DNA of 64,000 bases, taken from a bacterium. Lineage in GTDB: Bacteria > UBA8248. The stretch lies in contig OZ241875.1 of NCBI GenBank assembly GCA_965203325.1, positions 3,616,001 to 3,680,000 of the forward strand, read 5' to 3'. This document shows, one piece after another, positions 34,050 to 43,807 of the stretch. Position 1 is the stretch's first letter, and each line of letters opens with the position of its first letter. The notes under the pieces are model-generated. The model saw only the letters and a program-made list of their open reading frames with translations, made no database searches and was not told the DNA's origin. A program made the position numbers and the translations under genes.

Positions 34050-35294
34050 ATGGAATCCCAGGTATCACCGAAAGCACTGGAGCCATCACTCATCGCCGCC
34101 GAGGCGGCTCGGGCGGCGGAGGCGATATCCCCTCATCTGAGGCCGACCCCCGCCCGACTCAGCGAGCATTTCTCCGAGCAGTTGGGTGTCGAGGTGTATC
34201 TCAAGCCGGAGAATTTCCAGCGCACGGGCTCGTTCAAGGTGCGCGGCGCTCTCTACGCATTGCAAAAACTGGAACCCGCGCAACTCCAGTGGGGCGTCGT
34301 CACCGCGAGCGCAGGGAACCACGCCCAAGGCGTGGCCTTCGCAGCGAAGCAGTTGGGCGTAAGAGCGCTCGTGGTGATGCCCGAAGCCACGCCGAACACC
34401 AAGCTCGACGCCGTGCGCGCCCTGGGCGCAGAGACGGAGTTGTATGGCGCATCGTTCGATGACGCCTATGCGCGCGCGCGATCCTACGAGGAAGACCGCG
34501 GCCTCACGATGCTCCCGCCTTTCGATCACCCCGACGTCATCGCGGGCCAGGGCACGCTGGGCATCGAGATACTCGAAGAGGTGCCCGACGTGGGCACCAT
34601 CCTTGTCCCCGCCGGAGGCGGCGGACTCATCTCGGGTCTCGCCGCGGTGGTGAAAACCAGAAAACCGAACGTGCGCCTCATCGGCGTTGTGGCGGAGGGC
34701 GCCGCGGCGCTCATGCGCTCGCTCGACGCGGGAAGAATCGTCGAGTCGAAAACGGTCCAGACGATTGCGGACGGCATCGCCGTCAAGAGAAACGGAGAGC
34801 TTTGCTTTCCCCTGATTCAGGACCTGGTGGATCAGGTGGTCTCGGTTTCGGACGATGCGATGGCCAACGCCATTCTGGGCCTCCTGGAGCGCGAGCGGAT
34901 GCTGAGCGAGGCGGCGGGGGCCTCCTCCCTGGCGGCGCTCATCGAGAGAAAAACCAGGGTGAACGGCAAGGTGGTCGCCCTGATCAGCGGCGGGAATCTC
35001 GACGTCAACCTTCTCTCGCGCATCATCGGCAAGGGGCTGGCCCTCGCGAACCGCTACGCGCGGATACAGGTGCCGCTGCACGACGTGCCCGGCGCGCTGA
35101 TGCGTCTTTCGCAAATCGTGGCCGATTGCCGGGTGAACATCATCCACATCGAACACGACAGGCTTTCGACGGAAGTGCCCATCAACCATACCCTCTCGAC
35201 CCTCCACATGGAGGTGCGCGGGCGCGAGCATCTCGAAGAGTTGATACAGATCCTGCTCCAGGAAGGATACGAAGTGCGCCGGGAGGAAGCATAG
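34050..35294 (+). CDS. ilvA: Threonine ammonia-lyase with C-terminal ACT domain
   Basis: ENFQRTGSFKVRGA, SAGNHAQG, GQGT, GGGGL, SGGNLD, ACT-like D.PGAL. Confidence 0.92.
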   Translation: MESQVSPKALEPSLIAAEAARAAEAISPHLRPTPARLSEHFSEQLGVEVYLKPENFQRTGSFKVRGALYALQKLEPAQLQWGVVTASAGNHAQGVAFAAKQLGVRALVVMPEATPNTKLDAVRALGAETELYGASFDDAYARARSYEEDRGLTMLPPFDHPDVIAGQGTLGIEILEEVPDVGTILVPAGGGGLISGLAAVVKTRKPNVRLIGVVAEGAAALMRSLDAGRIVESKTVQTIADGIAVKRNGELCFPLIQDLVDQVVSVSDDAMANAILGLLERERMLSEAAGASSLAALIERKTRVNGKVVALISGGNLDVNLLSRIIGKGLALANRYARIQVPLHDVPGALMRLSQIVADCRVNIIHIEHDRLSTEVPINHTLSTLHMEVRGREHLEELIQILLQEGYEVRREEA

Positions 35295-35297
35295 TTC

Positions 35298-36839
35298 ATG
35301 AGCGAGAAGCGCCGCGCCATCATCAGCGTGAGCGACAAGAGAGGCGCCGCCGAACTCGGCGCCGCCCTGGCCGACGCGGGATGGGAGGTGCTCTCCACCG
35401 GCGGCACGGCCGGGTCGCTGCGCGATGCGGGCGTCCCCGTGCGGGAGGTTTCCGATTATACGGGTCAGCCCGAAATCATGGGCGGACGCGTCAAGACGCT
35501 TCATCCCAAGGTGCTGGGCGGCATCCTCGCGCTCCTGCCCGATCAGGAAGAGGAGATGCGGGCGAACGACATCGCGCCCATCGACCTGGTGGCGGTGAAC
35601 CTCTATCCCTTCCGGGAGACCGTCGCCGAGCCCGGCGTCACGCGGGAGGAGGCGATCGAGCAGATCGACATCGGCGGCCCCACCATGGTGCGCGCGGCTT
35701 CCAAGAACCATGGCCGCGTGGCCGTGCTCGTCGATCCGGACGATTACCCCGACGCCATCGCCCACGTCCGAAACGGCGGAGATTTCCCGCCCGATTGGCT
35801 GGCGGACCTGGCCCTGAAGGCGTTTCGCCACACCGCGAGTTATGACGCCGCCATATCCGGCTATCTGGGCGCCGGTGGTGAGGACCCGCTTCCCGAACGG
35901 ATCGAGATGAATCTCGACCGCGTTCAAACGCTTCGCTACGGGGAGAACCCCCACCAGAAGGGCGCGCTCTATCGCCTGGGTGGTTCGGGCGGTTTTTCTC
36001 TCTGCGATGCCGAGATTCTGGGCGGCAAGGAACTCTCCTTCAATAATCTGCTCGACGCCGCCGCCGCCGCCGAACTCGCGCACGATCTGGAAGGCGTGGG
36101 CTGCGCCATCATCAAGCACACCAACCCGTGCGGCGTGGGCCTGGGCGATACCCAGGCGGCCGCATACGAGCGTGCGCTCGCGTGCGACCCGCTTTCGGCC
36201 TTCGGCAGCGTCATTGGCTATAACCGCAAGGTCGATGCGCAGACGGCCGAGGCCATGCGGAAACTCTTCGTCGAGGCTGTGGTCGCCCCCGATTTCGACG
36301 ATGAGGCCCTCGCCGTCATGCGGAAGAAGAAAAATCTCAGGATCCTGCGCCTTGACGGCCTGGGGGGCGAATCCGCGCCTGCCGGCATGGACATGCGCTC
36401 GATACCCGGCGGCGTCCTCTTACAGGAGCGCGACCGGTTGTCGGAGGAGGAGTTTCGTTGGGAGGTCGTCACCCCCCGCGCGCCCTCGGCGGATGAGGAA
36501 AAGGCGCTCAGGATCGCCTGGTGCGTGGCGCGCCACGTGAAGAGTAACGCCATCGTCATGGCCGATAAGGACGGCACGGTGGGCGTGGGCGCGGGCCAGA
36601 TGAGCCGGGTGGACTCCACCCGCCTGGCGGCGGAGCGCGCCGTCTTGCCCCTCGCGGGCTGCGCCCTGGGGTCGGACGCCTTCTTCCCGTTCCGCGACGG
36701 AATCGACGCCGCGGCTTCCCACGGCGTGAAGGCGATAGCCCAGCCGGGCGGCTCGATGCGCGACGAAGAGGTCATCGAGGCGGCGGCCGAGCACGACATC
36801 GCCATGGTCTTCACGGGCAGACGCCACTTCAGACATTGA
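35298..36839 (+). CDS. purH: Bifunctional AICAR transformylase / IMP cyclohydrolase
   Basis: ISVSDK, GRVKTLHP, IDIGGP, LRYGENPHQ, KHTNPCG, SDAFFPF, RHFRH. Confidence 0.98.
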   Translation: MSEKRRAIISVSDKRGAAELGAALADAGWEVLSTGGTAGSLRDAGVPVREVSDYTGQPEIMGGRVKTLHPKVLGGILALLPDQEEEMRANDIAPIDLVAVNLYPFRETVAEPGVTREEAIEQIDIGGPTMVRAASKNHGRVAVLVDPDDYPDAIAHVRNGGDFPPDWLADLALKAFRHTASYDAAISGYLGAGGEDPLPERIEMNLDRVQTLRYGENPHQKGALYRLGGSGGFSLCDAEILGGKELSFNNLLDAAAAAELAHDLEGVGCAIIKHTNPCGVGLGDTQAAAYERALACDPLSAFGSVIGYNRKVDAQTAEAMRKLFVEAVVAPDFDDEALAVMRKKKNLRILRLDGLGGESAPAGMDMRSIPGGVLLQERDRLSEEEFRWEVVTPRAPSADEEKALRIAWCVARHVKSNAIVMADKDGTVGVGAGQMSRVDSTRLAAERAVLPLAGCALGSDAFFPFRDGIDAAASHGVKAIAQPGGSMRDEEVIEAAAEHDIAMVFTGRRHFRH

Positions 36840-36840
36840 G

Positions 36841-38274
36841 ATGCCCCAAAATATCCTCGTCCCTCCCGCTCTGGAAGATTCCCTCGCGCCCATCGAGACG
36901 CTGCGGCGCGTGGAGGTTTTTTTAAGCGCCCTGGCCGCGCTGCCCAAGAAATCCTGGCGCACGCGGTTTGACCAACGCGGCATCAAGATAGAAGGGCCGG
37001 GCCTCACCCGAGCCGCGCGCTTGTATGAAATCCTTGAAGTCCCTGTGGCGGGGCAGTCGGTCGTCCACGTCGTGGGAACGAGCGGCAAAGGCTCCACCGC
37101 GCTGATGCTGGCGCAGTCCCTTTTGGCGTCGGGCAAGAGAACGGCGGCATTTTTCTCCCCACACCTCACCTCCATCATCGAGCGTTTCTGGGTTCGGGGC
37201 CGCTTCGCCGAAGCCGGCCTCATCGGGCGGTGCGCGAAAGAACTCGCCGAAGCCGCCGCGCAGATGGCGGGAGAGCCCGAGTTCGGGCCGCCCTCGTTTT
37301 TCGAGTCGACGCTCGCGCTCTTGCTTCTGATGGCCAGGGAGGAAGATTGTGAATACCTCGTCCTGGAAGCCGGCCTTGGCGGTGCGTTCGACGCTACGAA
37401 CGCCGTGCGGCCCGCCGTCCTCGACGTAATCACCTCGATTGGACTGGACCACACCGACCTGCTCGGCGATTCCATCGCGCAGATTGCGCGGGACAAGGCC
37501 GGCATCATCACGGAGAGAGGCCGCGTCATCTCACAAATCGTCTCGCCCGATGCGCGCGCGGAAATCGAGCGCGCCGCCTTAGAGCGCGAAGCCGGCTTGT
37601 GTTCTCCGCCCCGCGCCGGGAACCTGGATTTGCGCCCCGACGGCGCTTTTTTCGATCTGGGGTTCGATGACGGCGTTCGGTGGGAGGGTTTCTCGACCCC
37701 CATGCCCGGCGCACACCAGGCCGAAAACGCGAGCCTCGCCGCCGGAGCGGGCCGGCTCCTCGGGCTGGGTGAGCAGGAGGTGCGGTGGGGCGTCGCCTCG
37801 GCGCGGCTCCCGTGCCGTATGGAGTTGGTCCAGTCCGGCCCGCTGGTAGTGCTCGACGGCGCGCACAACCGCGATAAGGCGCAGGCGCTGGTGGAGTGCA
37901 TCTCCGATTGGGCGTTCGAGCGGCTCATCTTCGTTATCGGGGCGGTGAACGACAAGGACTTCGCCGGGATGGCGGAGGCGTTCGCGGCTGTTGGCGACAG
38001 GTTCTTCGTCACGCTCCCTCCGGCGAGCGCGCCCAGACCCGGCCTCTCGCCCGATGTTTTCGCGCGCGCGCTCGAAGAGGCGGGTGTCGAACGCGTGGAG
38101 ACGCGCATCGACGCATGGAGGGCGCTCGACCAAGCGCTCGGGGAAGCGGGGGAGTACGACCTCGTCATCGTCACGGGGTCGATGTTCCTGGCCGGAGAAC
38201 TCAGGCGACGCTGGGTGAGCGAGGAGCGCATCGTGGAGAGCGGCAGCGCGTTTCCTCCCGAGGCGCTCCTGTGA
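36841..38274 (+). CDS. folC: Folylpolyglutamate synthase / dihydrofolate synthase
   Basis: HVVGTSGKGST, FSPHL, EAGLGG..DATN, GLDH...LG, LDGAHN, VTGS; adjacent to folP. Confidence 0.9.
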   Translation: MPQNILVPPALEDSLAPIETLRRVEVFLSALAALPKKSWRTRFDQRGIKIEGPGLTRAARLYEILEVPVAGQSVVHVVGTSGKGSTALMLAQSLLASGKRTAAFFSPHLTSIIERFWVRGRFAEAGLIGRCAKELAEAAAQMAGEPEFGPPSFFESTLALLLLMAREEDCEYLVLEAGLGGAFDATNAVRPAVLDVITSIGLDHTDLLGDSIAQIARDKAGIITERGRVISQIVSPDARAEIERAALEREAGLCSPPRAGNLDLRPDGAFFDLGFDDGVRWEGFSTPMPGAHQAENASLAAGAGRLLGLGEQEVRWGVASARLPCRMELVQSGPLVVLDGAHNRDKAQALVECISDWAFERLIFVIGAVNDKDFAGMAEAFAAVGDRFFVTLPPASAPRPGLSPDVFARALEEAGVERVETRIDAWRALDQALGEAGEYDLVIVTGSMFLAGELRRRWVSEERIVESGSAFPPEALL

Positions 38275-39164
38275 TGGATGGCCTGCGTTTCGAACCTGCG
38301 AAGTGGACTCCTGCGCCCGCCGTAAATTGCCGCGGTCGGGCGCTTGGTTTCGAGCGGGTGCGGATCATGGGCGTCTTGAACGCCACGCCGGACAGCTTTT
38401 CCGACGGCGGAGCCTTTTTCGACCTCGAGGCGGCGCTCGATCAGATCGCGCGGATGACGGAAGAGGGAGCCGACATCATCGACATCGGCGGCGAGAGCAC
38501 CCGACCCGGCTCACAAGGTGTTGGCGAGGCGGAGGAAATCCGGCGGGTCATCCCGATTCTGGAACGCATGAACATGAATGAGGGGCCCCTCGTCTCGGTC
38601 GATACCTCGAAGGTCGGCGTGGCGCGGGCGGCACTCGAGGCGGGGGTTCACATCGTAAACGACGTCACGGGCCTTCGTGATCCCGGGATGCGTGCGGTGA
38701 TCGCGAAGTCGGGCGCCGCGGCCGTCGCCATGCACATGAGGGGCGAGCCGCGCACGATGCAGGAGAATCCCGAATACGAGGACCTCATGGGCGAGTTGTC
38801 GCGCTACCTGCGAGAAAGCGCGCGTCAGGCCGAGCGGGACGGCATACGCTCGGTTCTCATCGACCCCGGCGTCGGCTTCGGAAAATCGTGGGATCATAAC
38901 CTCGAGATATTGAGGCGGATGGGTGAGTTGAGAGAATTGGGCTGGCCCCTTATCGTCGGCGTTTCGAGAAAAAGTTTCATCGGAGCGATCACGGGCGTCG
39001 TAGCGGCGGGGGAGCGGTTGATCGGCTCGAAAGTCGCCGAGGCCTTCGCCGTCGCCGGCGGGGCGGACGTGATACGCACCCACGACGTGGGGGCGGCCGT
39101 CGAGGCGGTGCGCATGGGCGAGGCGGTTCGCCGGGGAAGCGTTGCGACGGACGATTCGTCATGA
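38274..39164 (+). CDS. folP: Dihydropteroate synthase
   Basis: MGVLNATPDSFSDGG, DIGGESTRPG, DPGVGFGK, SRKSF, RTHDV. Confidence 0.96.
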   Translation: MDGLRFEPAKWTPAPAVNCRGRALGFERVRIMGVLNATPDSFSDGGAFFDLEAALDQIARMTEEGADIIDIGGESTRPGSQGVGEAEEIRRVIPILERMNMNEGPLVSVDTSKVGVARAALEAGVHIVNDVTGLRDPGMRAVIAKSGAAAVAMHMRGEPRTMQENPEYEDLMGELSRYLRESARQAERDGIRSVLIDPGVGFGKSWDHNLEILRRMGELRELGWPLIVGVSRKSFIGAITGVVAAGERLIGSKVAEAFAVAGGADVIRTHDVGAAVEAVRMGEAVRRGSVATDDSS

Positions 39165-39247
39165 CGCCTATTTGCTCAGACCCCGAATGCGTCGGTTTTG
39201 ATTATTTTGTCCTCATATATTCGTCATAAGGGAAGACCAGCGCCTTG

Positions 39248-40105
39248 ATGGAATACATTTTCGAGTTCTGGTGGATGCTGCCCATTGCGTTTTGCGTGTG
39301 CCTCACGGCGACGAGCACGAGCGTGGAGGGCGCGGTATTCTTCGCGCCCATTTTCATACTCCTCTTTCCATGGGCGGCGGGCGTGACCATCGTCCCGCTC
39401 GAAGCCGTTTTTTTGGCGCTTTCCATCGAGATTTTCGGCTTCGGCAGCGCGCTCACCGGCTACATGAGGAGAAAGCTGGTGGATTACGACATCGCCAAGA
39501 AGGTGCTCGTCGTCTCCATCCCCGTGGGCATGGCGTTCGGGTTCCTGGCCCATTCGGTGCCCGCGAGGCTCATCCTGGGCCTTCTGGGCGGGATGATGGT
39601 GCTGCTCTCCGCCGCGATGCTCTTCGCTTATTTTCAGGGCGGAATCCAGGAAGCGGAGCAGGCAGAGGAAACCGGAAAACCCACCCGCACGGACGCGGCG
39701 GGCAGGAGGTACTGGTATCGCTACGAGCACGGGGCTTTCGGCCATGGCTGGTCGGCCCTGGGGGGAATTCTCGTGGGATTTACGGGCATCGGCATCGGCG
39801 AGCTTACGACCACCGCCCTGATCGTGAAGGACAGACTGCCCGTCCGCGTGGCCGTCGGTACGGGGATTCTCATCGTATTCGCCACGGTGCTGCCCGCCAC
39901 CCTGGTGCATGCCTACGTGTTCTCATCCGGAGAAGTGAACGTGCACTGGAACATCCTGTTCATGACGATCCCCGCGGTCGCCTGCGGGGGTCAGATATCG
40001 CCTTTCATCAACAACCGCGTCGACGGCGAGAAGATGAAGGTGTTCCTCTCCTTCGTCTTCATCTTCGTGGGCGTGTTGCTTCTCTGGCGCTCCCTGGGCG
40101 GCTAG
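39248..40105 (+). CDS. Sulfite exporter TauE/SafE family membrane protein
   Basis: About 8 hydrophobic segments, EGAVFFAP, GFTGIGIGE, VAVGT pattern. Confidence 0.8.
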   Translation: MEYIFEFWWMLPIAFCVCLTATSTSVEGAVFFAPIFILLFPWAAGVTIVPLEAVFLALSIEIFGFGSALTGYMRRKLVDYDIAKKVLVVSIPVGMAFGFLAHSVPARLILGLLGGMMVLLSAAMLFAYFQGGIQEAEQAEETGKPTRTDAAGRRYWYRYEHGAFGHGWSALGGILVGFTGIGIGELTTTALIVKDRLPVRVAVGTGILIVFATVLPATLVHAYVFSSGEVNVHWNILFMTIPAVACGGQISPFINNRVDGEKMKVFLSFVFIFVGVLLLWRSLGG

Positions 40106-40114
40106 GCGCGACCC

Positions 40115-41113
40115 TTGGCCGAGAATACCCGACCCGTCGTCGTCGCTGGCCCCGGTGCGGTGGGAACCATGCTTGCCGCGCATCTGCAAAGAAACCTCCC
40201 CGAGGGCCGGGTTTATCTGGCCGGCTCCGCAAACCCGAGCCCTGAAACCTCCGCGCATCTGGATGAAATAGAGAGCGGCGGCGTCCAGGTCCACGGCGAG
40301 GCGGTCTATACGGCCCGCCCTCTGGTATGCAAGGGAGCCTTCGACATCACGGCCTCGCATATTTTCTTTACCGTGAAGGCGGGGCGAATCTCAGATGCGG
40401 CGAAAGAATTCTCAGAAATGACGGGGGAGGGGACGATAACGGCCGTTTTCTCGAACGGCCTGGACGTTTGCAGGGATCTCCCGCCCGTATATCGGGAACG
40501 TGGGGTCGTGCGGGGTCTCGTCAATACCGGGGCGGAGATCACGAAGCCGGGGCGCGTGAACCAGTTCGGTGCGCTGGACGTCACCCTGGCCCCCGAGCCT
40601 GAGGCCGCGGACGATGCCTCTCTCGTGAGGCGGTTGGCGGAGTTTTTGGAGCCACTGGGGGTTCGCGTCCGCCGAAAACGCGACGGCAAGGAGGCGGAAT
40701 GGAGGAAGGCGGCCGCCAACGCCGTCATCAATCCCCTGGGCGCCGCGCTTGAGCTCAGAAACGGAGAGTTGCTGGAAACGCCCTCCGCCGTGGTGCTCGT
40801 GGACGCCCTGTCGAAGGAGTTGCAGGCGCTCGTCGACGCGGAGGGAATGACGCTCGACGTTCTCGAGATCGTTCGCGAGACCGCCCGCGCCACGGCCGGC
40901 AACAGAAATTCCATGTGGCAGGATTTGATGCGGGGCCGCCGGAGCGAGATCCGCGAAGTGACGGGGCGCTTCATCGAGCGCGCGGATGCGCGCGGCATCT
41001 TGTTTTCCGCCCATAAATCGCTGTATTATCGGATATTGTCTTTAGAGGAAGGTTCTTCCTCCCGGGATGCGTATGGCGATGAGCGCCTTGACATCGGGGG
41101 AGGGAATTCATAA
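40115..41113 (+). CDS. panE: 2-dehydropantoate 2-reductase
   Basis: GPGAVG, NGL, WRKAAANAVINPL, NSMWQD..GRRSEI; directly upstream of panB. Confidence 0.85.
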   Translation: MAENTRPVVVAGPGAVGTMLAAHLQRNLPEGRVYLAGSANPSPETSAHLDEIESGGVQVHGEAVYTARPLVCKGAFDITASHIFFTVKAGRISDAAKEFSEMTGEGTITAVFSNGLDVCRDLPPVYRERGVVRGLVNTGAEITKPGRVNQFGALDVTLAPEPEAADDASLVRRLAEFLEPLGVRVRRKRDGKEAEWRKAAANAVINPLGAALELRNGELLETPSAVVLVDALSKELQALVDAEGMTLDVLEIVRETARATAGNRNSMWQDLMRGRRSEIREVTGRFIERADARGILFSAHKSLYYRILSLEEGSSSRDAYGDERLDIGGGNS

Positions 41114-41223
41114 TCATTACAGTACGTGCCGGGAGCCGCCGGCCTCGGACACGTGGACGGGAAAAAACGGAAGCATTTCAAAACTGGCCTTGCAGCAGGC
41201 GTTCACCCAGAGAGGGAGCGACC

Positions 41224-42096
41224 ATGAGCACAAAAAGCCTCGCCAAGCAGCATTCCAACGGTAAAACTTCCATCAACGGAAACGGCGCACCGAAGAAAGC
41301 GCGCAAGAAAGTCACCACCGCCATCATCCGGGCGCGCAAGGGCGGTAAGAAGGTCACCTCCGTCACCGCGTACGACTACCCCACGGCGAAACTCGTGGAC
41401 GGCGCCGACGTGGACGTCATCCTGGTCGGCGACAGCCTGGGGATGGTGGTTCTGGGCTATCCCGACACGACCAAGGTGACGCTCGACGACATGGTGCACC
41501 ACACCCTTGCGGTGAGCCGCGCCAAGCCCAAGGCGCTGCTCGTGGCCGACCTGCCGTTCCTGACCTTCGGCGTCAGCGCGTGCGACACCATCCTGAACGC
41601 GGGCCGTCTCATTCAGGAGGGCTGCGCCGAGGCGGTGAAGCTAGAAGGCGGCGTCCGCGTCAAGGACGAGATACGCGCGGTGGTGGACAGCCAGATTCCC
41701 GTGATGGGGCACGTGGGCCTCACCCCCCAGAGCGTCCATCAGTTCGGCGGCTTCAAGGTGCAGGGCAAGACCGATGAAGGGGCGGATCAGGTGCTGCGCG
41801 ACGCGGTGGCCGTGCAGGAGGGCGGCGCGTTCTCCCTCGTGTTAGAGGGCATACCGGCGGCCCTGGGCGCGCGTGTAACGCGAGAGGTCGACATTCCCAC
41901 CATCGGCATCGGCGCCGGCCCCGATTGCGACGGCCAGGTGCTCGTCACCCACGACATGCTTGGGCTGTTCCGCGACTTCACGCCGAAATTCGTGAAGAGG
42001 TACGCCGATGTCGGGCATCTGACCACGGAGGCGATGGAGCGCTACTGCCGGGAGGTGCGAGAGGGCGCGTTCCCCGCGAAAGAGCATTGTTTCTGA
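41224..42096 (+). CDS. panB: 3-methyl-2-oxobutanoate hydroxymethyltransferase
   Basis: TAYD, LVGDSLG, AVKLEGG, GHVGLTPQS, IGIGAG..CDGQVLV. Confidence 0.97.
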   Translation: MSTKSLAKQHSNGKTSINGNGAPKKARKKVTTAIIRARKGGKKVTSVTAYDYPTAKLVDGADVDVILVGDSLGMVVLGYPDTTKVTLDDMVHHTLAVSRAKPKALLVADLPFLTFGVSACDTILNAGRLIQEGCAEAVKLEGGVRVKDEIRAVVDSQIPVMGHVGLTPQSVHQFGGFKVQGKTDEGADQVLRDAVAVQEGGAFSLVLEGIPAALGARVTREVDIPTIGIGAGPDCDGQVLVTHDMLGLFRDFTPKFVKRYADVGHLTTEAMERYCREVREGAFPAKEHCF

Positions 42097-42129
42097 TTTT
42101 CCTCGGCGAGTAGATACGATGCTTTAATC

Positions 42130-42172
42130 AGAGGGCGGACTCCCGAAAGGGGAGTGCCGCCTTCTCTTTTTT
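42130..42172 (+). terminator. Intrinsic terminator after panB
   Basis: GC stem agagggcggactccc/gggagtgccgccttct followed by a T-run. Confidence 0.8.
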
Positions 42173-42324
42173 CACCAACCAGAGCTTCTCTCAAGCGATT
42201 CGCAGGCGCTCCTTAAAGTTTTCGGGGGAGGCGGGTTGCGAACCATGAGCGAAACGCGTTTCCTGAACGAACACAGGGGCGGATTGAAAACCCAAGACCC
42301 TGAAAATAGGCAGGCCGGAGAGGG

Positions 42325-43044
42325 ATGCCCATGAGAGCGCTTGCGCAGGCCGTAAGGTTCCTGACGGTTTTACCCTGGCCGGGTGCGCCCCGGGCGCCTG
42401 AAGCGGAAGATATGGCGCGAACGCTCGTGCGTTTTCCGTTCGTCGGTCTCCTTATCGGGGCGATCCTCATCGCCCTGGACTGGGCGCTCGCCGGCGCTTT
42501 TTCCGTTTCGGTGCGGAGCGCCCTACTCGTCGTCGCGCTCATCGCCTTGACCCGTGGTAACTCCCTGGGCGGATTGTCGGATTTCGCGGACACGCTTGGG
42601 TTTAGACACCATGTAAAAGAAGGGCCAGCGGGTCCCGTTGGTATTGCTCTCACCATCGGCGCGCTCCTGCTCAAATTCGTCGCCTTGAGTGAACTCCAGG
42701 GATATGAGCGCTACCTTGCGCTATTGATTTCGCCCATTCTCGCCCGCTCGTCCATGGCCTATCTCATCGCGTCGTCGCCATCGGTGCGCGAAGCGGAAGA
42801 GGGCGATCGGGGGTCCGCTCGGCCATCGAACCCGCGAGATGGATATATCGCGCTGGGCTGGTCTTTTCTGCTCTGCTTTCTCCTGGGGTGGTTCTGGGGG
42901 CTGTTCCTGGCCGTCGTGGCCCTGTGCGTCACGTGGGGTCTCAAGCGACTATTCGATAAACCGGAGAGAGAAGTCAGAGATGCGCCCGGCGCTGCGAGCG
43001 AAATCATCGAAACGATGACGCTCGTTCTTTTTTCTTCATGGTGA
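42325..43044 (+). CDS. Divergent CobS-like (cobalamin synthase family) membrane protein
   Basis: AVRFLTVLP, FPFVGLLIG, GLSDFAD, GAASEIIE recognisable, but conserved His/Asp motifs altered. Confidence 0.7.
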   Translation: MPMRALAQAVRFLTVLPWPGAPRAPEAEDMARTLVRFPFVGLLIGAILIALDWALAGAFSVSVRSALLVVALIALTRGNSLGGLSDFADTLGFRHHVKEGPAGPVGIALTIGALLLKFVALSELQGYERYLALLISPILARSSMAYLIASSPSVREAEEGDRGSARPSNPRDGYIALGWSFLLCFLLGWFWGLFLAVVALCVTWGLKRLFDKPEREVRDAPGAASEIIETMTLVLFSSW

Positions 43045-43255
43045 AATATTTTTCTGTTTTTTCGTCCTATTTCGTAAATTTTCCCCACTTTCCCCCACTA
43101 ATTATTTAATTTAATTTTAATTTCAATGAATTAAATAAATTTATTAAAGTAATACATTAAATTATTTCCTCAAAATAGGCTTGAAAAATATAAGATGTTT
43201 TATGGTTTTTCTTTATAGAAATCATTGTTTTTTCTAACTTTTCTAAATTACCGCC

Positions 43256-43320
43256 TTGACAGATATTTCATCCGGGAGTATAAATGTAAGCCTAAGTGGG
43301 AAAATATGGGGTAAAGTGGG
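43256..43320 (+). promoter_or_regulatory. dcw promoter with three MraZ-type boxes
   Basis: TTGACA-17 nt-TATAAA followed by GTGGG/ATGGG/GTGGG at 43296, 43306, 43316 (10-bp period). Confidence 0.8.
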
Positions 43321-43333
43321 AGGTGCAGGAGAG

Positions 43334-43783
43334 ATGCTCATCAGCGCCCATCCGGTATCGGTGGATGCAAAAGGCCGCGTCAGTATTCCGGCGCGGTTCA
43401 GGGAGCATCTGAGCGCCACTTACGGCGATCAGGTCGTTCTTCTCGGCAAGGATGGCTGCATATTCGTCTATCCCGTTCGGGAATGGAAACGCAAGTTCAG
43501 CGAGAAACTCAGTGAGCTGTCCACCTCCACCAAAGAGGTTCGCCGCACTCTCCGAAGGCTCTATGGCCGCGCCGTATCGTGCGAGTTCGATCGGCAGGGC
43601 AGGATCCTCTTGCCCGCGAAATTGCGCTCGAATTCTTCCATCGAGAAGGACGCCGTTGTCGCGGGCATCGAAAACAGGCTGGAGATTTGGGACAAGGCGA
43701 AATGGGATGAGGAAGTAGAGGATGGGGAATCCGGGGCCGCCGATGAGGAGTCTGCTGAAGATTTGATCGAATTCGAATTCTGA
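43334..43783 (+). CDS. mraZ: Division/cell wall cluster transcriptional repressor
   Basis: VDAKGRVSIPARFR, FDRQGRILLP, RLEIWD. Confidence 0.95.
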   Translation: MLISAHPVSVDAKGRVSIPARFREHLSATYGDQVVLLGKDGCIFVYPVREWKRKFSEKLSELSTSTKEVRRTLRRLYGRAVSCEFDRQGRILLPAKLRSNSSIEKDAVVAGIENRLEIWDKAKWDEEVEDGESGAADEESAEDLIEFEF

Positions 43784-43807
43784 TGCGGGCTCAAAGGGGG
43801 AGCGGGT

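Noticed and set aside
43100..43250. Replication origin in the AT-rich tract
   Set aside because: No DnaA-box (TTATCCACA-like) cluster and no dnaA/gidA context; explained by the dcw promoter.
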